Shown: piece after piece, positions 52,288-64,000 of the stretch
Position numbering within the stretch: the first letter of the stretch is position 1
Layout of the letters: the number at the start of each line of letters is the position of its first letter
NCBI GenBank assembly: GCA_951406725.2
Contig: OX597834.1
Span: forward strand, 18,352,001-18,416,000
Origin: Octopus vulgaris
Lineage: Eukaryota
DNA: 64,000 bases
Direction: 5' to 3'
Notes under the pieces: model-generated
The model's database searches: none
What the model was told of the DNA's origin: nothing
What the model saw: only the letters and a program-made list of their open reading frames with translations
Translations under genes and position numbers: made by a program

Positions 52288-53450
52288 TGTATGTATGTAT
52301 GTATGTATGTATGTATGTATGTATGTATGTATGTATGTATGTATGTATGTATGTATGTATGTATTTATATATGCATGCATGCATGTATGTATGTATGTAT
52401 TTATATATGCATGCATGTATGTATGTATGTATGTATGTATGTATGTATGTATGTATGTATGATTGTATGTATGTATGTATGTATGTATGTATGTATGTAT
52501 GTATGTCATTGTTCAGTTTTATTTCAAGATTTCTTGCTAATAGAGAAAGAACCAGCTTCTAAATCTAGATTCAAGGCTCCTTACGCATGTATGTATGTAT
52601 GTATGTATGTATGTATGTATGTATGTATGTATGTGTGTGCAGATTTGTATGTTTTATGTATGTATTCTCATACATATAGTTGCATATCTAGACATGCTTA
52701 TATGTATTTAAATGATGAATTTCTAGGGAAGTTTTACTGATTTTTACAGTTCCCGTGATAGATTGGATCTGTAGCCTTCGAATTAGCTTTCTCCTTTCTG
52801 GTTTTGTGAAACCTAATTTCTCAAGGTTGCTATTTAGGCAGTGTGTTATGTATGTATGTATGTATGTATGTATGTATGTATGTATGTATGTATGTATGTA
52901 TGTATGTATGTATGTATGTATGTATGTAGTGTGTATTTACTTGTATGTATTGTGTATTTACTTGTATGCATTCATCCATTCATTCATTCGTACATACATA
53001 CATACATACATACATACATACATACATACATACATGGGATGTGTACCAATCGTGAGAAATTAGGCTTCTCAAAACCAGAAAGGGGAAAGCTAATTCGAAG
53101 ACGACTACAGCTCTAATCCATCACTGGAACTCTAAAAATCTGTAAAACTTTTCAGAAGTTTATCATTTAAATATATATGAGCATGTCTAGAAATGCAACT
53201 ATATGTATGAGAATACATACATACATACATACATACATACATACATACATACATACATACATACATACATACATACATACATACATACATACACTGTTGT
53301 TGATGTTGAAATTTCAATGAAGGTGCCTTGTATCTGGGTTAGAAACAGACTCTTTCTCTATTGGCAAGAAATCTTGAAATAAGCTGAATAATGACATAAT
53401 GTCATACATACATTCATACATACATATACACATACATACATGCATGCATA
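52258..53450. repeat. Large imperfect fold-back of a two-module repeat plus mirrored TATG/CATA arrays
   Basis: 52504-52829 is the reverse complement (roughly 80% by eye) of 53047-53397; TATG arrays on the left mirror CATA arrays on the right. Confidence 0.9.
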
Positions 53451-53629
53451 CACTGCATATATATGCAGTGTAGGAAAAGTATGTCATGTTTCGCAGGAAA
53501 AGAATATTGTCAAACAATGCTGATTAAAATCAGTGATGATGAACCATTCTTAAGCAGAGTATTGTGAACTTATGAAACGCATTTTCGCCCGATGGTTCAC
53601 TTACACATATAGTTCACTTCTATATCTTA

Positions 53630-53848
53630 GCAGAAACGTTAGCACGCCGGGCGAAATGCGTTGCTGTATTTCGTCTGCCGTTGCGTTCCGAGTTCAAATT
53701 CCGCCGAGGTCGACTTTGCCTTTCATCCTTCCGGGGTCGATAAATTATGTACCAGTTACGCACTGGGGTCGATGTAATCGACTTAATCCGTTTGTCTGTC
53801 CTTGTTTATCTCCTCTGTGTTTAGCCCCTTGTGGGTAGTAAAGAAATA
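53630..53848 (+). mobile_element. Slightly 5'-truncated SINE family A with TSD
   Basis: Near-consensus body; TATATCTTA duplicated on both flanks. Confidence 0.93.
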
Positions 53849-54320
53849 TATATCTTATAGTCATCCACTGTGGTCTCCAAAGATCAGAATTTGGATCACA
53901 GTTTTACCAGAAACTATATTGAAACCATACTTTATTTTTAGGATCCTATTAGAAGAACATACTTTGTCACTCAGGAGCGTCATTTCTGTCAACTTTCTCT
54001 GCATATAAATTCTGAATTAAAAAACGAGTAAGGTCGGTTCATTGTACAGTTTTTCACTAGAATGGAGCCACTCCTTATTCAACCTTAAAGGTCTGATTCA
54101 ACTTAAAGATCTGTTAATGTGCCAGTTTGGAGCGAATCGTCTCATTTTTTCAAATCCAAATTTGAATCCCTCTGATGTATGTGGTTATGAGACATGCTCA
54201 ACGTTAAAGGAAAACGTTGACTATTCTAGCAGGCAATTCTGGTGATTCTAAAAGAAATGTTATTTTCAATATTTAACCACTTGAACATGTTCATAGCTGA
54301 AGTTAGAAATATTTACTTCT

Positions 54321-54709
54321 GGGATGGAAGCACTCCGTCGGTTACGACGACGAGGGTTCCGGTTGATCCGAATCAACGGAACAGCCTGCTCGTGAAATTA
54401 ACGTGTGAGTGGCTGAGCACTCCACAGACACGTGTACCCTTAACGTAGTTCTCGGGGATATTCAGCGTGACACAGAGAGTGACAAGGCCGGCCCTTTGAA
54501 ATACAGGTACAACAGAAACAGGAAGTAAGAGTGAGAGAAAGTTGTGGTGAAAAAGTACAGCAGGGATCACCACCATCCCCTGCCGGAGCCTCGTGGAGCT
54601 TTAAGTGTTTTCACTCAATAAACACTCACAACGCCCGGTCTGGGAATCGAAACCGCGATCCTATGACCGCGAATCCGCTGCTCTAACCACTGGGCCATTG
54701 CGCCTCCAC
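54321..54709 (-). mobile_element. Full-length SINE family B with 10-bp TSD
   Basis: TSD ATTTACTTCT at 54311-54320 and 54710-54719. Confidence 0.96.
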
Positions 54710-54853
54710 ATTTACTTCTACACTTTGTATAGAAACATTACGGAGTCAGGGATAAACATTAAAACGAATTACATTATGGGCTTTTCAGCTACGTTTCTTA
54801 CTCTCACCTCTCCATTTTGCTTTCAGCTCACTTTCCAAACTTTTAGGTTCTCA

Positions 54854-54966
<113 letters not shown>

Positions 54967-56005
54967 GCTACAATCGCACACGTATACATCATCCCACATG
55001 AAAATATCTGATTTTATAATACACTAGTTGAATGAAGTTATTACGTAACCCTGTCACCAATAAACCAACACTATACCATTTTCCTCCCTTGCTTTTCTAG
55101 CAGGAAATAACAATCAAATCTCCCTCAGATCACTCTCTGCTATCTTAAAGAAAAAGACAAGTGGGTCCTGGGGTCCCTGGGTTCCTACACATAAGAAAAA
55201 AGTTGGGTAGTCACGGCTGGAATACCTTTGTAGATCTATTCAGTCGGTGTTAAGTTGGGGTCAAACAATAAAATTGTAACTTAGATGGGTAATGCATATT
55301 TGGTTGGATTGCATGTTGTCCCAATATTAAAACCAAGTCACTACATGAAGTTTTCGATGGACCCATTTATTTACGTAAATGCATATAGAGATCAATTGCC
55401 GAGAGTGTTGAGCTGAATGTCATGAGTGTGTCTGATGTACGTAAATATGGTTAAAGGTGTGATTGCATGCTAGCTAGAAAGATCGCTGTTTCTTCGGGTT
55501 GGCGAAAGGCGGGAAAGTTCTATGTTCGTTGTAGACGACGTGATTCTTTTTAACCCGAGGTTGAGCGGCCAACCAATAATCCTGATCGTCTGTCTTCTCT
55601 GAAGCCTTTGAAAACCTTTGCTTTCTTTCAAACCTCTGCACTGGTCTCGCGAGTCTGTATTTATTACTGTTTTGGCGGGAAACTACGTGGAAATTTCCGT
55701 TCAAATCATGCGATCAGGTGATGCACCTGAAATGCGATCGGTCAGAATTCAGGGCCAAGTCACCTGATATATCGTGACCTGTTTCTCGTTACTAAAATAC
55801 CAAGGTTTTGAATTTTAAGTATCGTTGCAAAAGCGAAAACAAAATGAAACAACAGCTAAAACTTAACACAAAATCATAAAATAAGTTTCCTGCTTGTCTG
55901 AGTTGGCCACAAGATCTTTATTTGTTCTTTCGATTTGGTTACGTAATACTCTGTACTTCTATGTTCACTGTTTCGTCACCTCTCTTTGCTGATGACGAAT
56001 ATACC

Positions 56006-56043
<38 letters not shown>

Positions 56044-58019
56044 CTTCCTTCTGAAAGAGTGTAATGATACTCATTCTTTCTTTTACTTCTCATTTTTGAA
56101 CTTATACTATTTTTAAATGTATGCGCGTGCACGCACACTTGCACAAATGTACGCACATACATACATATATACGCACACACATAGACAGGCACACTTACGC
56201 ATACAAATAAACATGCACAGCCTCAATTTTGCATATCATGTCTTAGTCAGAATAACCGACGTTATCTCATATTTCGATCCCAATATTTAATATATAACGA
56301 ATATCAAAATGACATCATTAAAACATAAAAAAAACAGCAAAATTTGTTTTTCTTCTGATCGTCACGTCCATTATTATATCATCCACTTTCTCCATTTTGT
56401 CACATGATACGCTCTTTCGACTCTTCAAAGTGCTGTTATCTTGAAATATGCTTCCCCATCTCTCCATTTTTCTCTATCTTCTATCTGTTGCCCCCTCCCC
56501 AACTTCCCTCGTTGCTCTCTTTTTCGATTTCTGAACACCAAACGAGTAAGCCTTTATGCAGAAATAGTTGCTAATTTTCCCTTCTACCGGAGGCATATTC
56601 TCCTCCGAAACACATCATAGTTGTCACTTGTCCTTGAAAATTTCTACGAAAATAACGTTATTACCTTTAGCGACTGCAGAATATTCAACCATATCTGATA
56701 AAAAATTTTGCATGTCTGTAGACTCCATTCGTCTCTCACATTTAGAATTGAAGTTTCCCTTTTCTTTTTATCATTACATGCGGTGGTATGTTTCTCTCTG
56801 ACCCTATTCTTTTAACTCTAGTGAACCCAAAGATTCATTCGTTTTCTCAAACCTATTTTCCACAGTTTAATATCTTTCCTGCTTTTATGTCTAACCACAC
56901 ATACTCCTGAGCAGATAATACTGTTTGCATTTTTAAACCTCCATCCACAGGTAACATCCACATATCTTGTTATTTTCTTCGTACGCAGAAGGGCAATACG
57001 ACTATCGTCAGAGGGTAAACGTCATCACCCTTCTATCTACGAAGAGAACTTAATAAAAATCGGTATTCAAATTAAATACAAACTAGAAGAAGTCGAAATG
57101 GTTAAGCAAATTTTCATGTCAAACATTAGCGTAATTAAGTATTTACGAGTGACCAGTCAGCTATGAAGCATGTTGGGATAACCTCCATAGTTTCTTTATG
57201 AGAGGAAGATAACAAAACGTATTTGCAATTGTTATAAACCGCGGGTTAACTACATTAAATTTATCTTACATTTTGTAATACTCGTGTTTTTGCATAAAAT
57301 ATTTACCAAGAATATCCCAACAGGTTACAAGCACCGGTTTCTTCCTACCGTCTGAGCATCCTCCCCTCCTATCCTCAACTCTACAATGTCACAACATATA
57401 AACAACACGAGACAAGTTACCAATCATTCTACCTCAGAGCTAGTAATCGACCATAATGCATCGATTTCACCAATTGATTGCATTAATCTCACTAATCTAT
57501 GAGGACTTACAAAAGTCATAATGCCATTCTTACTCAATAGAAAATAGAAATACATATGCATGAAGATGACCAATTGGCAGTAACGTTTGAACAGCAGATA
57601 AAAAGCAATATTTGTTGCGATTCTCCATGCTAAAACTTAAAATACCACCAATATTAATTGCCAACTTTGCTTTACATTCTTTGGAGGTTTATAAATAGGA
57701 TATTATTGGTGGATGTTAAAGCGTTGGCCGAGATGCCTTGCGGTATCATTTTCAGTTTTTTGCCGGTCTGAGTTCACATACCGCCTCCTATTACGGGTTT
57801 TTACGTATCGGAAAAGGGTCCTTCGGATCCTGGTTCTTATTGATAGGTTTCTAATATCAGATGGAGTAATGCGTTGACTAAAACAGCAAATCAGTTGCAT
57901 AAATAAAAGATGCACAAAGCGAGGACAGATAAAAATATACGTACGAATGTATATGTATTATATATAACTACACACACACACACACACATACAGATACACA
58001 CGTTTGTAAATACACCATG

Positions 58020-58189
58020 CAGTGACGTAACTAAAGCTTGTGCCGCTAGGGGCGTTTCTTGAGTTTGTCTTCCCCACCACGAAAAATACAATAAACATCA
58101 AAATTATCGCTCCCCCTCAACCCTCATCCCACCCCAAAATGCTGCCCAAAGCAGGCCACCTCTAGACCGCCTTTACCTAGTGACATTAT
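58020..58189. mobile_element. Degenerate hAT-like MITE
   Basis: Starts CAGTGACGTAACTA...TGCCGCTAGGGGCG; the far end ...CCTAGTGACATTA is a decayed TIR. No TSD established. Confidence 0.4.
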
Positions 58190-58272
58190 ATCTTCTCTGC
58201 GTCTATCAAATATTCAATATAAAACATTTTCAATGGAGCTTTACTTACTGCACACTGTGTGTGCCCGTGAAC

Positions 58273-58307
<35 letters not shown>

Positions 58308-58561
58308 TGTATGCAAATGCATATACGTCTGTCCACCCCCACTCATTCACACACAAACATCACCACCCATAACGCATTCTTTTCATCTTTTCGTGTGTGT
58401 GTGTGTGTGTGTGTGGTATGTTTGTGTGTACTTAGGTATTTTTAAGTGGATGTTGTGGAGTGAGTTTAGATACAGAGGCATATGCATTCAAATAAGGATA
58501 TACGTACATACACACACACACATATATATATATACATATATATGCATACATATACATACAT

Positions 58562-58598
<37 letters not shown>

Positions 58599-58646
58599 AA
58601 CACACACATATATACCACATACGAACATTGTATGTTTGTGTGTATG

Positions 58647-58704
<58 letters not shown>

Positions 58705-58971
58705 TATATATATAAATATATATATTTATACATACATATATGCATACATACATACATACATACACACATACATGCATACATACATACACACATACATACA
58801 TACATACATACATACATACATACATACATACATACATACATACATACATACGTACATACGTACGTACTCTGTTATTGGCTTCTGCTAATGGATCTGTTTT
58901 TACACTAACGGTTCAAGAATTACGTCGATTATTTGTGTGACTTTCGCATTCGTAGACAGAAGACCCAATAT

Positions 58972-59018
<47 letters not shown>

Positions 59019-59304
59019 TTTTATTTATGTATTCATTTTATTTATTGTATTCCGTCTTTATGTCTTTCTCCTCCTACCATCGCCACACAACCATTTCTCT
59101 TTCCCTTTCCAACAGGCAAGTAAATATTTTGAGTAGCTGACTCGTACTGTCAAAAATTCTTCTTTGCAAGGTGAATTTTAAACGAATTAGAGCTGGGAGA
59201 CTAGTGTTTCAATGTAGAATTCCAACGTGACAAGCGCCTCAACTAATCGATATAGCGTTGACAACGTGTTTAATACACATGGGGAATTTATATTTTTAAT
59301 TTGT

Positions 59305-59347
<43 letters not shown>

Positions 59348-59394
59348 GGAAGGGAGATCTGAATGTTGGAAACTTGTTTCTTTCATTGACTGGA

Positions 59395-59440
59395 GTCGAT
59401 GACGTCATATACAGGAGAATTCCGACGGCCATTTTGAGAT
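59395..59440. promoter_or_regulatory. Full CRE plus YY1-like site
   Basis: TGACGTCA at 59400-59407 and CGGCCATTTTG near 59426 in unique sequence; motif-only evidence. Confidence 0.3.
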
Positions 59441-61288
59441 CGAAAACCTAGTGATCTCTTCCTAATGTGATAATATCAGAGGAAAGAACAGGACAGTGGA
59501 GGGGCAGACACGATAGAACACACCCAAAAGAGAACTAAAGGACTAAATGCTTTTTAGTTTTTAGTTGTGTCCCTTACATTTTGATTTCAAATTCCACAGG
59601 AGTTCATAAGATCAATTCAACTGACCATGGTGCTTCCTTACAAATCTACAGTTTTGTGTCAAAATTAGAAACCAAAATGGCATTTAAGGGAATGGTAGTG
59701 GAGTGGAAGAAACGGCAGAATGCCGGACTATAAATGTCTCTGCACAAATGTTTGGCTTTATATTTTTATGTTAGAACTCAAATATAATATTTAAGGCCAA
59801 AGATAGTTTTTGATGTCGGTGTTCTGGAAAGTTACATATCAATAAATCTGTTTTCGAAAATACCTGGTTTCGACTTCAGTCCCACTGAGTGATATTTTCA
59901 GCAAGTATCTCCGATCAGTATTGGCTTGTTTACAGTATTGAGAGTGAAATTTGGTGCACAGAAATTATATTGAAAAACGTCAGAGAGACCTTTCCTATTC
60001 TTGGATGGATGATTTAATTCGCTACCCTGTGTAACAGTATCTTATCCTTAGATGCCTTTAGCAAAGTACACTCTGTTGGAAGCATTCAAAGACCCCGAAA
60101 AGAGTCACGCAAGTTACCCTTCCTTCACTGACTAAGTTAAGTAAAAGTAAATAGATATATTTAAATAATCCTTACTATTAGATCATCAGTCTAAACCCTT
60201 ACCATAGAGTATCTTAACCTTAGACTCGTCACTGAAAATATTTTAGCTCGGAAAATTGTTAACTCCGTTCCAAAACAATGTTTCTCGTGGAGTTGAGGAG
60301 GGACATAGGGCTGTGAGGATTAAAGCCTGGATGCAGTAATTGTTATGTTTAATAAAATCAAGATGGCTTAAACTTTTTAAACTTCTCCAAAATGTAAGAA
60401 TTATATGGCTGCAAAAACTATTTAGGTGGGAAGGTAAAATTTTTCACTTATATATTTTTAGTAGTCGGACTGGTATTTGTCTGTTTCAAAACTACTACTC
60501 TACAAGGTAAGACCCAACCTGAACCATTTTTATCAGTGCTGATGCCCCACCCTTTAATCGCACCGTCACAAAAAAAAATGACTTGACTCATTGGCAAAAA
60601 CCCATTCATTCCCTCACTATGACCTGTGGCCCACAGGCATGCAGTCTTTCTACTAAGAGATGACCTAAAGTTAAAAAAATCTATAAATGCAGTCGCTAGT
60701 TTGCAGATATGCAGTTCGCTCCCTCCCTCCTTCCCTCTGTCTGTCTCTCTCGTTGTCTGTCTCTGTTTGTCTGTCTCTCTCTGTCTCCCCCTCACTCTTT
60801 CTCCCTCTTCTTCGCTCGCGATTCTTTAATGGGAAGATTTCAAGAGTGAAAAAAAAAGAAAACGAAAAAGTTTCACACAAAGTGGCTGTTTCTCGTTGCC
60901 GAGGAGCATACTTATTTAGTTACTGCTTATTTAGTTATTGCTTAATCCTAGGTCGGCACCGCTTCAGCAAGCCCATGACCAGAAACGTTCCAGGTGTGAT
61001 CATCTCACCTTTTTTCAGTTATCATTTTATCCTTTTTCTACTACAATCTTATCCAACGTAGATATAGATATTTCCAGTTTTAAAACGCAAGGGAAATTTC
61101 GTTAGTATTTTCAGTAGTTCAAGCAATCATATAAAAGATTTGTTCTTGGATTGATCTCTACTCGGCTGTTATTGTTTAGCCCCAGGATAATTTTAATAGG
61201 GAAAAATCAATGATCAAAAGACGTCCCATCCGTTACCATTTGTATTTTGTTGTTTTTGTTGCTTTTGTTTTAGAGATATGTAAAACTA

Positions 61289-61522
61289 CAGGGTGGCCCA
61301 TAGTAGGTTTGCAGTTATCACGTAGGCATTTTTAAAATCTTTCAAAACATTTTATTATATTTAAATTTCCATCTTACAAACTGAAAAGAGAGCTTGACAA
61401 AATTAACTAAATTAGCATAGAATAATGGTTTCATATTTTTTCCTAATTAAGATCTAAACTCTTAATATATGAATGCGAAAGAGATAGTTGAATAACTGTA
61501 AACCTACTTTTGGGCCACTCTG
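61289..61522. mobile_element. Tc1/mariner-type MITE
   Basis: About 30-bp TIRs CAG(G/A)GTGGCCCA..AGTAGGTTT(G/A)CAGTTAT with TA on both flanks (61287-61288, 61523-61524). Confidence 0.88.
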
Positions 61523-61602
61523 TACATAATGTGCTTTTCTTATTTTAGACAGTGTGAACGAGTTTTAGCAACTATTTCTGACACCTCAATGACTACGTAG
61601 AT

Positions 61603-62223
61603 CAGGGGGTCGCCAAAGGGTTCCAAGAGATCCCCTACGGGTCGATGAGCAATTTTAGAGGGGGAGGTGATGATAGCCAATGGATCGAGTGGGGGGAAGG
61701 CGTGCGAAACCCAGCTCACCCAGATGAACTGCTTGAAATAGTCAGCGCCATGAAACGTGGGAAAACATGATGAAGTTTCACTGCAGCGAGAAGTCTGCTA
61801 TTGCTAACGTTCGAGGCCTGATATTGTAATCTGTATCGTAATCGAATATTGAGAGGTGTGATTGAGGGGATGCGGACTGTTGTCAATTTCAGTAAAAGAT
61901 ATTCCAACAATATGATACGTTTTTCCACATTTTCTAACCGTGAAAACAATTTCATAAAAATTGAAAGTTTAATACTGTATACTCGTACACGTAGTTTTAA
62001 ATGTGAAAAGTGAGTAATCTTCAATAGAATTTCTTAATTTGTCGTACATGTATATTTTAGCTAACATTTTAATTGCCAGCCCGGTACGAATTTAAGATAT
62101 GGTACGGTAGGGTAAGGTATTTCAAATGAGGAGAGTGATTGATGCAGAAGGAGAAGTGGCTAAAGGGGGTCGATGTAGAAAGAGAAGTGGCTAAAGGAGG
62201 TCGATTGTCGAAAAAGTTTGGCG
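61603..62223. mobile_element. Non-autonomous hAT element with clipped right TIR
   Basis: Left end CAGGGGGTCGCCAAA; right end AAAAAGTTTGGCG followed by TAGAT matching the left flank ACGTAGAT; internal about 31-bp tandem pair at 62141-62205. Confidence 0.7.
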
Positions 62224-62559
62224 TAGATCATCCTTTGTTGGATGGTAATCTGAAGCAAATATTATTAGCCAAAACATTCAATCTGGCCAAAGAAGGCAAA
62301 GAAAACAAACGGAATTGAAACTAGTAAGAATTGATTATAAATTACAATGGGAAATTAATTTGATGACAAATTAGGACATGTTTCAGTCATCTTAGACCTC
62401 ATCTCCGAAAAATAGTCTAAGCCATAGTACCAGATCTTAAATAACTTTAGATGAATATATAGAGGAGTTTCGTTAATTAACACGGATGGCATAATGGGGC
62501 GCGGTGGGGGGGAATTCCCGGAGCATCTGTCACATGGTAAATAATGGCACATTAACCAT

Positions 62560-62714
62560 TTCTTCCGTCTTTTCGAATGATTTTTTTTGTTTGATTTGTA
62601 GCAACCCTCCTCACTTGGCTAAACTTGTAGGAGTATCAGTTTAATGTTGTCAACTTGACCATAAAACAGGCTGCATTGGATTGCATGTTACCAGTAACGC
62701 TCACATGTGACCTG
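62560..62714 (-). mobile_element. Third diverged 5' fragment of the RTE-derived element
   Basis: Minus strand CAGGTCAC...TACTGGTAACATGCAATCCA...CCTGTT...TAAACTG...GTGAGGAGGGT is colinear with 2780-2891; again directly after (GTAT)n. Confidence 0.7.
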
Positions 62715-63625
62715 TCATACATACATACATACATACATCTCTCTCTCTCTCTTTGATTCCTTTTCCCCTTTTTTCTCTCTCTCCTCTCACGTGACCGCCG
62801 GTCGACTAGCCTCTCGGCTTCTGAGCACCGCCACGACAACATCGATTTCTTCGTCTGCCGTAAGGCATTATTTTCCAAATACGCCAGCTAAGCTAAGTTG
62901 AACTGTCTAAAGTCGTAAGACACCTGCTGTTTTTTGTCCTGTTATTACTATTATTGTTTTTTGTATTTATATTCGTGTGGCATCGTCCGTTTTTTTGTCC
63001 TTGTTTCGTATACATTCGATCCTTTTTCCAAGAAATCTAATGCTCGTAGCTTAGTTTTTCCTTGGGGCTGGCCGGATCGGAGCGATCTCAAGATTAATCA
63101 GCCGAAATTGCGAGGATGATCCGGCTCTTGACTGAAGATTAGAGGCTTTTTGTGTCGTCTATTTGAGTGCTTTGCGTTCTTGTCCCAATTTTGTATTTTT
63201 ATATATATTTTTTATACATACATACATACATACATACATACATACATACATACATACATACATACATACATACATACATACATACGTACGTACGTACGTA
63301 CAAACATACATACATACATGCACATATACATAAATACATGCATACGTACATCGTCACAAGTATAGTGATGTACTTAATTTATTTTTAAAAAATTAGGTCA
63401 CTCATGCATTTTCTCCATCATAGAAAAAGTTGTATAGTGAATGGCCACCAGAATTCTGTTTCGAATTAATATTTTCGTATGAGATAAAGAAACATACTTA
63501 TTGAATAAGATAATGAGTTTCACATTTATTTGACATTTTCAAAGAAAAAAAAAATGATTAAAAGGAAATAACAATTATAAGAATTATTGCAGATCGCTCT
63601 TTAAGAGTATTAAGGAAAAAAAATT

Positions 63626-63812
<187 letters not shown>

Positions 63813-64000
63813 CTCACTCACACGCATGCACGTACACACGCAAGCACATATACAGATAGATAAATAGATACGTACATACGTATACACGTGCCGTCGAGTG
63901 GAAGCCTTCTTCTATCATACTCTCAATTTTGGTCAACTTGCACCGCAGGGTCTCGGAGGAGATAGTGTTAGTTGAAGGCAACCAAACCTGTCACACACAG

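Noticed and set aside
60448-60795. 115-aa minus-strand ORF
   Set aside because: Starts in a (GA/CT) repeat, non-ATG start, no recognisable domain.

Overview
AT-rich, repeat-saturated eukaryotic non-coding DNA. The mix of very long (CATA)n/(CA)n/(GA)n/(TA)n microsatellites and these tRNA-derived SINE families is what I recognise from octopus (coleoid cephalopod) genomes; this is an inference, not a database result. I cannot support any intact protein-coding gene: nearly all listed ORFs are microsatellite translations. The only recognisable protein remnants are a broken hAT transposase C-terminus (about 10.2-11.15 kb, minus) and a decayed non-LTR reverse-transcriptase C-terminus (18.36-19.2 kb, plus). 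Other content: three SINE families (A, B/B', C), several with target-site duplications (TSDs); a Merlin-like MITE and a related fold-back element carrying telomere-like repeats; Tc1/mariner and hAT MITEs; a Helitron 3' end; a Penelope-like terminal repeat; and an RTE-derived non-autonomous element in three diverged copies. There is a possible + strand promoter with non-coding or 5'UTR exons. The most interesting signals are RNA-structural: minimal hammerhead-like motifs (37.36, 23.24, 33.64 kb), an HDV-like fold at the fixed 5' end of the RTE-derived element, a SINE that appears to move as a tandem multimer, and long fold-back inversions (4.5, 19.9, 52.5 kb) that would give dsRNA/ADAR substrates if transcribed.
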